This document shows positions 8,837 to 15,470 of a stretch of DNA of 24,000 nt, in pieces. The notes under the pieces were generated by a model that saw nothing but the letters and a program-made list of their open reading frames with translations, was not told the origin of the DNA and ran no database searches. The DNA is from Nitratidesulfovibrio vulgaris str. Hildenborough. GTDB taxonomy: Bacteria; Desulfobacterota; Desulfovibrionia; Desulfovibrionales; Desulfovibrionaceae. The position numbers and the translations under genes were made by a program. The first letter of the stretch is position 1; each line of letters begins with the position of its first letter. The DNA lies in the NCBI RefSeq assembly GCF_000195755.1, contig NC_002937.3:2659175-2683174 (forward strand). Reading direction: 5' to 3'.

Positions 8837-9205
8837 ATGTCGCACTTCAAAGAAACCCCGCAGACCCCCGCGCTCACTCTCGACATCGGTGCCGCACGCC
8901 GCGAACGCCTTGACCGCATCCTTGACACGGCACGCGAACTCGGTCGCCGCGTACAGCCCGAAGAGCACCTGTTGCGTGCGCTCGACGCATGGCTGGACGA
9001 CACCGGAAAGCAGCTTGAGAGGCTGCGCCGCGAGCGCGAACGCCTCGCGGCCGCCACCGGAGACCCCATTGTCATGGGCCCCGCGCCTTCTTCTGACGAA
9101 GCAGGGCGTCCCCCATGCCAAGCTGCCCGCGACACGCAGTGCCATCCGGGTGGACAGGGCACCGCCATCGACCTGCGCCCTGACAGATATCCCCGTCCGG
9201 CCTGA
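8837..9205 (+). CDS. Hypothetical protein (122 aa)
   Basis: An ATG at 8837 has AGGAGG 6 nt upstream. Third positions are GC-rich and it is followed by a hairpin. No motif recognised. Confidence 0.5.
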   Translation: MSHFKETPQTPALTLDIGAARRERLDRILDTARELGRRVQPEEHLLRALDAWLDDTGKQLERLRRERERLAAATGDPIVMGPAPSSDEAGRPPCQAARDTQCHPGGQGTAIDLRPDRYPRPA

Positions 9206-9208
9206 AAC

Positions 9209-9229
9209 AGGGGGCTGCAGAAGCCCCCT
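9209..9229 (+). terminator. GC-rich hairpin after the hypothetical gene (possible terminator, no U-tract)
   Basis: aGGGGGCT-gcaga-AGCCCCCt: an 8-bp stem and 5-nt loop, beginning 4 nt after the TGA at 9203-9205. Confidence 0.35.
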
Positions 9230-9356
9230 CGGACCCGGTGCCCGTGCGTGCTCGACTCATGAGGCCGAGGATACGTGCATGACGCACATCGTATGGCGCC
9301 ATGTTCTCCCGCAGCCCTGCGGAACGCATGGCTGACGCGTACGCCAGCGCCTGTCC

Positions 9357-9392
9357 GGCAGCATACATGGCAGCATACCCGGCAGCACACCC
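9357..9392. repeat. 12-bp tandem repeat x3 (ggcagcatacat / ggcagcataccc / ggcagcacaccc)
   Basis: Read directly in the convergent intergenic region upstream of the birA stop. Confidence 0.6.
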
Positions 9393-9492
9393 GGCTACTC
9401 GTCCGGTATCATGCGGGGCATCATAAGGACTCTCACGGGACGCGATGCGCGCAAGGCTTACGGGGCATCACGCGTCGGACAAAGATAGGCCG

Positions 9493-10485
9493 TCAGACCC
9501 GGCTGTCAATGACGTCTCCCGCATGCAGCCTGTGCAGCGTACCGTTTCCGGCCAGAATGCACAGCCAGCCTTCAGGGGTCATGTCCGCCACGCGCCCTTC
9601 GACAAGTTCATCGCCGTGGCGCACTCGCAGATGCCGGCCCACGATATCCGAAAGTTCCTTCCAGCGTGTGATGACGGCCCCGGTGTCTCCCTCGCGCAGT
9701 GCACCGTACCAGTGTTCGGCACGTTCCAGAAAGGCGCGGGCGACATCAGCCCTTGCGACAGGTCGGCCGCACTCCGTCTGCAGCGACGTGGCGGCGACGC
9801 CCGCATCGACGAGGGCTTCCGCCGGGGTACTCACATTCACCCCCACGCCGGTGACGACCCAGTCCACCATGTCGGCGACGAGTCCCACCTCGGTGAGGTT
9901 GCCACAGACCTTGAGCCCCGCCATGAGCAGGTCGTTGGGCCATTTGACCTCCGGCATGAGGCCCGTCACGGCCTCGACAGCCTCTGCGGCGGCGACCGCC
10001 GTCATGAGGGTCACCAGCGGGGCCGCCTGCGGAGAAAGGCGGGGACGCAGCACCAGCGACACATACACGCCACCCTGCGGCGAGACCCATGGTCTGCCCG
10101 TACGCCCTCGCCCTGCCAGCTGCTGTGCGGCCATCACGACAGTGCCTTCGCAGGCACCGCCTACGGCAAGCGCCACGGCATCGCGATTGGTCGAGTCGGT
10201 GCTCTCGTGCCAGTGCAGACCGACCTTGCCGAACACCTCTGTGGCAAGTCCGCGCAGTACCTCTGCCGCCTCGAAGGGGGCTGTGGTCCTGTCCAGCCTG
10301 TAGCCGCGCCGCGTCACCGCCTCGATGACATAGCCCGCCGCACGCAACGCCCTGACATGCTTGCCCACGGCAGCGCGACTGACCCCGAGTTCCCTTGAAA
10401 GCTCCTCGCCGGAGCACCATCCATCGGCCTCGAACAAGCGTTCGAGTACTCGACGACGGGTCCCGTTTCTGCCCCTGTCGTCCAT
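9493..10485 (-). CDS. birA: Bifunctional biotin-[acetyl-CoA-carboxylase] ligase / bio operon repressor
   Basis: Start chosen at the internal ATG 10485 (MDDRGRNGTRRRVLERL). An N-terminal winged HTH is present (SGEELSRELGVSRAAVGKHVRALRAAGYVIE). The biotin-binding loop is GRGRTGRPWVSPQGG. The tracked ORF runs 146 codons further upstream, across the bioB promoter region. Confidence 0.9.
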   Translation of the reverse strand: MDDRGRNGTRRRVLERLFEADGWCSGEELSRELGVSRAAVGKHVRALRAAGYVIEAVTRRGYRLDRTTAPFEAAEVLRGLATEVFGKVGLHWHESTDSTNRDAVALAVGGACEGTVVMAAQQLAGRGRTGRPWVSPQGGVYVSLVLRPRLSPQAAPLVTLMTAVAAAEAVEAVTGLMPEVKWPNDLLMAGLKVCGNLTEVGLVADMVDWVVTGVGVNVSTPAEALVDAGVAATSLQTECGRPVARADVARAFLERAEHWYGALREGDTGAVITRWKELSDIVGRHLRVRHGDELVEGRVADMTPEGWLCILAGNGTLHRLHAGDVIDSRV

Positions 10486-10490
10486 GATAA

Positions 10491-10523
10491 TTGTAAACCC
10501 TCTAGAGCGTCTCTCGTTGACAG
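10491..10523. promoter_or_regulatory. BirA-operator-like inverted repeat TTGTAAACC-N15-cGTTGACAg
   Basis: The left half-site matches the known BirA half-site TTGTAAACC exactly. The right half matches 6 of 9 positions of GGTTTACAA, with a 15-nt spacer. It lies 6 nt upstream of the birA start and about 45 nt upstream of the bioB ATG. Confidence 0.6.
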
Positions 10524-10567
10524 TAAGAGAAGGCACGGTTAGTCGCTCGCGATACGCGAGGTACACC

Positions 10568-11653
10568 ATGCACAACCTGCTCGAAAACCTGCGCCGCCGC
10601 CTTCTGGCGCAGCGCACCCCGGAACCGCTCCCCCCGACATCGCAGGGTCTTGCACGACCGTCCCATGACGTCGTCCGTGGGCCTTGCGATGCCGACATCC
10701 CCCCGGATGCCCGAAACACGATGCCCGAAGGCATCACCGTCGAAGAAGCGCTTGCCGTGGCAGAACTTCCGCAGAAGCACGCCCTCGACATCCTCGCCAC
10801 CGCACAGGCGATTCGTTCAGTCCACAAGGGCGGCCCCGCCGCGCTGTGCGGTATCGTCAACGCCAAGTCGGGCCGCTGCCCGGAAGACTGCGCCTTCTGC
10901 GCACAGTCCTCGCACCATGCCACGGGCAGTCCCGTGCATGCCCTTCTCGACGCGGAGACCCTTCTCCGTCGTGCAGAAGAGCTACGCCAATCCGGAGCCG
11001 AGCGCTATGGTATTGTGACGAGCGGCACGCGCCTGACCGTCCGTGAACTCGCCACGTTGTGCGAGGCGGCGGTGCGCATCCGACGCGAAACAGGCATCGC
11101 CCTGTGCGGTTCTCTGGGGCAGTTGACGCCTGACGCGGCCGCCTGCCTGAAAGAGGCGGGTTTTTCCAGCTACCACCATAACCTTGAGACTTCTAGAAGT
11201 TTCTTCCCGGCCATCTGTTCCACACACGCCTACGACGACGACATCGCCACCGTGCGTGCCGCACGGGCTGCCGGGCTGCGCACATGTAGCGGCGGCATCT
11301 TCGGCATGGGCGAGACCGACGCCCAGCGCATCGAACTCTCGGCCACGTTACGCGAACTCGACGTGGATTCCATCCCCGTCAACCTGCTGTCGCCCATTCC
11401 GGGAACCCCGCTGCAACACCGCCCCACCATGCCACCCATGCGCGCCCTTGTGAGCATCGCCATCTACAGACTCATGCACCCGGCGCGTGACATCCTCGTG
11501 TGCGGCGGCCGCGAGGCGACCCTCGGCCCGTGGCAGTCGTGGATATTCCTTGCCGGGGCCAACGGCATGATGGTGGGCAACTATCTTACAACCACGGGAC
11601 GGGATATGGCGGACGACCTTGCCATGCTCGCCACCCTCGGAGTCCGCGCATGA
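10568..11653 (+). CDS. bioB: Biotin synthase (radical SAM)
   Basis: CPEDCAFCAQSS is the radical-SAM CxxxCxxC motif. SYHHNLETS, RTCSGGIFGMGET, IPVNLLSPIPGTPL and CGGRE align with E. coli BioB. The ATG at 10568 has GAGG 6 nt upstream. An alternative ATG at 10721 would give an E. coli-like N-terminus but has no SD. Confidence 0.85.
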   Translation: MHNLLENLRRRLLAQRTPEPLPPTSQGLARPSHDVVRGPCDADIPPDARNTMPEGITVEEALAVAELPQKHALDILATAQAIRSVHKGGPAALCGIVNAKSGRCPEDCAFCAQSSHHATGSPVHALLDAETLLRRAEELRQSGAERYGIVTSGTRLTVRELATLCEAAVRIRRETGIALCGSLGQLTPDAAACLKEAGFSSYHHNLETSRSFFPAICSTHAYDDDIATVRAARAAGLRTCSGGIFGMGETDAQRIELSATLRELDVDSIPVNLLSPIPGTPLQHRPTMPPMRALVSIAIYRLMHPARDILVCGGREATLGPWQSWIFLAGANGMMVGNYLTTTGRDMADDLAMLATLGVRA

Positions 11654-13278
11654 GCACTTCTCCCTTCAACAGCCGTGTCGCGCCTATGCCGCATGATGAT
11701 GCTACCGCGCCCGTTTTGCATTACGCGCATGACGCTGCTGGTGCGCATGACGCTGCTGACGCTGCTGGTGCGCATGACGCTGCTGACGCTGCTGGCACGC
11801 CACCCTGTGCCGCCTCCCGCACAGCCCGCCTCCGCAGCCTCGACGCAGCCCATGTATGGCACCCCTTCACCCAGATGCGCGACTGGATGGGCAGTGAACC
11901 GTGCATCATCGACGCTGCCGACGGCAACCATCTCATCGACACCGACGGCAACCGCTATCTCGACGGCGTCTCGTCGCTGTGGACCAACGTCCATGGTCAC
12001 CGCCATCCGCACATCGACGAGGCCATACGACGGCAACTCGACCGCGTGGCCCACTCCACACTCCTCGGCCTTGGCGGTACGCCCTCCATCGAACTTGCGG
12101 CACGTCTCACCGCCATCGCCCCGGCAGGGCTCACACGCGTGTTCTATTCCGACAGCGGTTCCACCGCCGTGGAAGCGGCCCTCAAGATTGCCTTCCAGTA
12201 CCATCGGCAGGCCCCGGAGGGCGATGCACGCCGCACCCGCGTGATGGCCTTCAGCAACGCCTACCACGGCGACACCATCGGTTCCGTCTCGCTAGGGGGT
12301 ATGTCGCTCTTCCACGGCATCTACGGGCCGTTGCTCTTCGACCCCGTGCGCGCCCCCGCCCCGCACTGCTACCGCTGCCCTGCGGACCTCAGGCCGGAGA
12401 CATGCGGCATGGCGTGCCTCGGCGAGGTCGAACGCCTCATGCGGCACCACGGGCACGAACTGTGCGCCGTGGTCGTGGAACCACTGGTGCAGGGCGCGGC
12501 GGGGATGCTGGTGCAGCCCCGCGGCTGGTTGCGCGGGCTGCGCGACCTCTGCGACCGCCATGGCGTCTTCATGGTGGCAGACGAGGTCGCCGTGGGCTTC
12601 GGCAAGACGGGCACCATGTTCGCCTGCGAACAGGAGGGCGTCGTGCCCGACATGCTCTGCCTCGCCAAGGGCATCACCGGGGGCTATCTGCCACTGGCGG
12701 CGACCCTCGTCACGGAACACATCCACGATGGCTTTCTGGGGGGCTACGCCGACTTCCGTACCTTCTTCCACGGACACACCTACACGGGCAACGCCCTCGC
12801 CTGCGCCGCGGCCCTCGCCTCGCTCGACGTCTTCGAAGAGGAACGCACGCTGGAGACCCTGCGTCCGCGCATCGAACGACTGGCGACACTGCTGGCCCCG
12901 CTGAACGACCTGCCCCATGTGGGCGACATACGCCGCGTTGGCGTGATGACCGGCATTGAACTGGTCGCCGACCGCGAGACCCGCACCCCCTATCGCCCCG
13001 AAGAACGCATCGGCCATCGCGTGACCCTCGAGGCGAGACGGCGTGGCGTCATCGTAAGGCCGCTGGGGGACGTGATGGTGCTCATGCCCCCCCTCTCCAT
13101 CACGGAGACGGAGTTGGAGACACTGGTGCATACCGTACGCGGCGCCATCATCGCCGTCACCGAACACGGGGCGGACGGGGGATTGTGGACGAAGCGCCCT
13201 GACGGCCCGGACAACCCGGACAAGGCCAACACGCCGGACACACCGGACGGGGCTCGCACCGGGGAGACCGTGGTGTGA
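11650..13278 (+). CDS. bioA: Adenosylmethionine-8-amino-7-oxononanoate aminotransferase, with N- and C-terminal low-complexity extensions
   Basis: The ATG overlaps the bioB TGA (ATGA at 11650-11653). Motifs: HVWHPFTQM, SDSGSTAVEAALKIA, DEVAVGFGKTG, and LCLAKGITGG carrying the PLP lysine. At 542 aa it is longer than E. coli BioA (429 aa, recalled from memory). Confidence 0.9.
   Translation: MSTSPFNSRVAPMPHDDATAPVLHYAHDAAGAHDAADAAGAHDAADAAGTPPCAASRTARLRSLDAAHVWHPFTQMRDWMGSEPCIIDAADGNHLIDTDGNRYLDGVSSLWTNVHGHRHPHIDEAIRRQLDRVAHSTLLGLGGTPSIELAARLTAIAPAGLTRVFYSDSGSTAVEAALKIAFQYHRQAPEGDARRTRVMAFSNAYHGDTIGSVSLGGMSLFHGIYGPLLFDPVRAPAPHCYRCPADLRPETCGMACLGEVERLMRHHGHELCAVVVEPLVQGAAGMLVQPRGWLRGLRDLCDRHGVFMVADEVAVGFGKTGTMFACEQEGVVPDMLCLAKGITGGYLPLAATLVTEHIHDGFLGGYADFRTFFHGHTYTGNALACAAALASLDVFEEERTLETLRPRIERLATLLAPLNDLPHVGDIRRVGVMTGIELVADRETRTPYRPEERIGHRVTLEARRRGVIVRPLGDVMVLMPPLSITETELETLVHTVRGAIIAVTEHGADGGLWTKRPDGPDNPDKANTPDTPDGARTGETVV
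11725..11796 (+). repeat. In-frame tandem repeat inside bioA (18-bp partial unit plus 2 x 27 bp)
   Basis: gcgcatgacgctgctggt, then gcgcatgacgctgctgacgctgctggt, then gcgcatgacgctgctgacgctgctggc. These encode AHDAAG-AHDAADAAG-AHDAADAAG. Confidence 0.9.
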
Positions 13279-13661
13279 AGACCGTCCACGAAGGAACGTT
13301 CCTCTTTCCCGCCACCCATCCGCTCTTCGCAGACCACTTCGAAGGTGCGCCCGTGGTGCCCGGTTCGTTGCTGCTTCGCGCCTTCGTGGAGGAAGCGGGC
13401 ACCGTATGGCCCGACTTTGCGACGCAGGGCGCCACGGGCTTTCGTTTCCGGCGGTTCGTGACGCCGGGTCGTCACCCGTTTCGCATGGAACGTACCGACC
13501 TCACTGTGCGCTGTACACTCATGGACGCTCAGGGGGGCATACTGGTGCGAGGCGATCTGACGACGGCAGACGCGACGGGCGATGCCGGAACGGATAACGA
13601 CAGAACGGGCGCTGACGGAGAGGCGGCCCTGCATACCTCGCCAAGAGGAACAACGGCATGA
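13275..13661 (+). CDS. Truncated FabZ-like hot-dog protein (His motif present, catalytic Glu position is Arg)
   Basis: The GTG start overlaps the bioA TGA (GTGA at 13275-13278). [23 protein letters not shown] aligns residue-for-residue with E. coli FabZ [34 protein letters not shown] aligns with EARFKRPVVPG. It lacks the N-terminal ~40 aa of FabZ and has a D/G/T-rich tail. Confidence 0.65.
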   Translation: [128 protein letters not shown]

Positions 13662-14686
13662 CTCTGCACCAGAAGGATGGTGACGACTACGCGGGGGGCA
13701 CGCGACGCCCCACCGCCGTCGCTCACGCGCAGCATGACATCGCCCCCGGAGTGGTGCTCATCCTCGGCGGTTCCAGCACGCTGGGGCTTGCCGCAGGTCG
13801 TGCGCTACTTGCCGCGGGACATCCCGTGGCCCTGACAACCCGCAATGCCGAAGGAACAGGGCGCATCCTTGCCGCCCTCGCCCCCGGTGAAGCGGGCATA
13901 CCCGACGGCGGCACTGACTTCTCCGGCAACAGGCCTGACCTCTTCAGCAACAGGCCTGACCTGTCCAACGGCGGGGCAGACAGGTGCCGTGTCTGTAGAC
14001 ATACGGGACACGCACCGTATGCCGTGCTGCCCGTCGAGAGTGCCGAATCATTACCCGACCGGTGCGCGGACGCACTGGGGACCCCGCCCCGCCACATGCT
14101 GGACTTCATGCATGGCCGCTTCGAGACGCTGGTCGCTGCCGCCCACGTCCACGACATCGACCGGTGGGCCATCGACGACATCGCCCTGCGGGCCCGATGC
14201 CTTCGCGCCGTCAGTCGGGCGATGCTGGCGGAGAGGGCCGGACGTTGTGTCTTCGTCTCCTCGACGGCAGCAGCCATGGCAGCGCACGGGCAGGGCTACT
14301 ATGCCGCAGCCAAGGCAGCGGGCGAGGCCCTGTACCGCAGTGCGGGTCTTGAACTGGCATCACGCGGGGTGACCACCTGTTCGTTGCGCCTCGGGTGGGT
14401 GGATGCGGGGCGCGGGGCGGACTTCATACGGGGCAATGACGCGCCCTACCGAGACGGGACTGCCCACGCCGTGCCCACCCCACACACCGCCACACAGCTT
14501 GCCGATGGCGTCCCCACCGGGCGTCTCGTCACCGTGGACGAGGTCGTGGGCACGCTCATGTTCCTCCTCTCCGGGGCGGCGACATCGCTCAACGCCACCC
14601 ATATCACCCTCGACGGCGGCTTCACCGCCGGAAAGCCCCGCGCCGGAACGCCGCGCACAGGTTCAGGAACACGGCGCACGGGCTGA
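13658..14686 (+). CDS. Short-chain dehydrogenase/reductase, FabG-like (3-oxoacyl-ACP reductase candidate) with a large insertion
   Basis: The ATG overlaps the upstream TGA (ATGA), with AGAGGAA upstream. Rossmann motif ILGGSSTLGLAAG. Catalytic pattern VSSTAA...GYYAAAKAA (S, YxxxK). The C-terminus GRLVTVDEVVGTLMFLLSGAATSLNATHITLDGGF is typical of FabG-type SDRs. Confidence 0.8.
   Translation: MTLHQKDGDDYAGGTRRPTAVAHAQHDIAPGVVLILGGSSTLGLAAGRALLAAGHPVALTTRNAEGTGRILAALAPGEAGIPDGGTDFSGNRPDLFSNRPDLSNGGADRCRVCRHTGHAPYAVLPVESAESLPDRCADALGTPPRHMLDFMHGRFETLVAAAHVHDIDRWAIDDIALRARCLRAVSRAMLAERAGRCVFVSSTAAAMAAHGQGYYAAAKAAGEALYRSAGLELASRGVTTCSLRLGWVDAGRGADFIRGNDAPYRDGTAHAVPTPHTATQLADGVPTGRLVTVDEVVGTLMFLLSGAATSLNATHITLDGGFTAGKPRAGTPRTGSGTRRTG
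13926..13967 (+). repeat. In-frame 21-bp tandem repeat x2 inside the SDR gene
   Basis: gcaacaggcctgacctcttca / gcaacaggcctgacctgtcca, encoding (G)NRPDLFS / NRPDLSN inside the SDR insertion. Confidence 0.9.
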
Positions 14687-14785
14687 TGGCATCCCGAAAG
14701 CCGCCCTCCGCAGCACACACCGCAACAGACCGTCCAGACACCACGAACCATCAACAGTGGGCGGACGCCCACCCACGAGAAGCCC

Positions 14786-15193
14786 ATGCCAGAGACACCA
14801 GCATTCGACACGGTACGCGCCATCGTCGCCGACATCTTCGAGGTGGCACCCGAAACCCTCACGCCCGCGACCCGTCTCTTCGAAGACCTGCCCTGCGAGT
14901 CCATCGACCTTCTGGAAATCGGCGCGGGTCTCAACCGCCGCTGCCGCATCCCCGTGGATGACGACGCGGCCTTCCTGCGTTCACTTCGCATCCACCTCAT
15001 GGAGGCCGAGAGAGAGAGACGCGATGCGACACAGCACCTTGCCAGCGTCTACCCGCACCTCACAGCACGGCGGGTGGCATCCATCGTCGAGGCACTGCGC
15101 GCCCCCGCATCACCGCCTGTGCTCACGCTGGCTGACATCACCGCCTACGTCGACCACGTACGCAACGACGTGCAGCGCACCGGAGAGGTTTGA
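14786..15193 (+). CDS. Atypical acyl carrier protein (PP-binding domain with ~50-aa insertion)
   Basis: VRAIVADIFEVAPETLTPATRLFEDLPCESIDLLEIGAGLNRRCRIPVDDDAA aligns with E. coli ACP [53 protein letters not shown]. The Ser of CES aligns with Ser36. The SD is weak (GAGAAG). There is a 99-nt gap from the SDR stop. Confidence 0.7.
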   Translation: MPETPAFDTVRAIVADIFEVAPETLTPATRLFEDLPCESIDLLEIGAGLNRRCRIPVDDDAAFLRSLRIHLMEAERERRDATQHLASVYPHLTARRVASIVEALRAPASPPVLTLADITAYVDHVRNDVQRTGEV

Positions 15194-15470
15194 CCGGCAT
15201 GGACGGGGAAAGAGACAGGGGACAAGGGGGGCATGGACACCAGGCCCCGTCACTCCTGTCCTCTCACCGACGTGCGGGCGGCACCCCGCAGTCAAGGGAC
15301 AGGGCGGCCCCCCGGACTGGCACACAGACTGACGTGCCCACCGGCACCCCGACTGGCCCCTGCACTGCACTGACGGGCGCACAGACACCGCCTTGCGAAG
15401 TAGCCCGACAACCATCAGCACCCCGCCTGCACTCCATCTGTGGGCCCTATCCACCTGACATCGCATCGCC

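Noticed and set aside
8824-9390. 188-aa minus-strand ORF as an alternative to the plus-strand hypothetical gene at 8837-9205.
   Set aside because: It has a Cys/Arg/Ser-rich off-frame-like composition and no SD. The plus-strand frame has AGGAGG at ideal spacing, GC-rich third positions and a downstream hairpin.
9493-10923. Upstream-extended ORF calls in the track: birA to 10923, gltX to 5996, lysA to 21166, the TrmB-like gene to 21780, bioB from 10361, bioA from 11500, bioF from 17389 and hot-dog B from 16556.
   Set aside because: The extensions are Arg/Pro-rich and run across neighbouring genes or promoters. Internal starts give canonical family N-termini, mostly with SD sequences or stop/start overlaps.
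15318-15334. Sigma-54-like TGGCAC element (TGGCAC-acaga-CTGAC) in the ACP-KAS spacer. Other TGGCAC strings occur at about 2686 and about 11793.
   Set aside because: The -12 element does not match TTGC(A/T) in any case. The 11793 occurrence is inside coding sequence.
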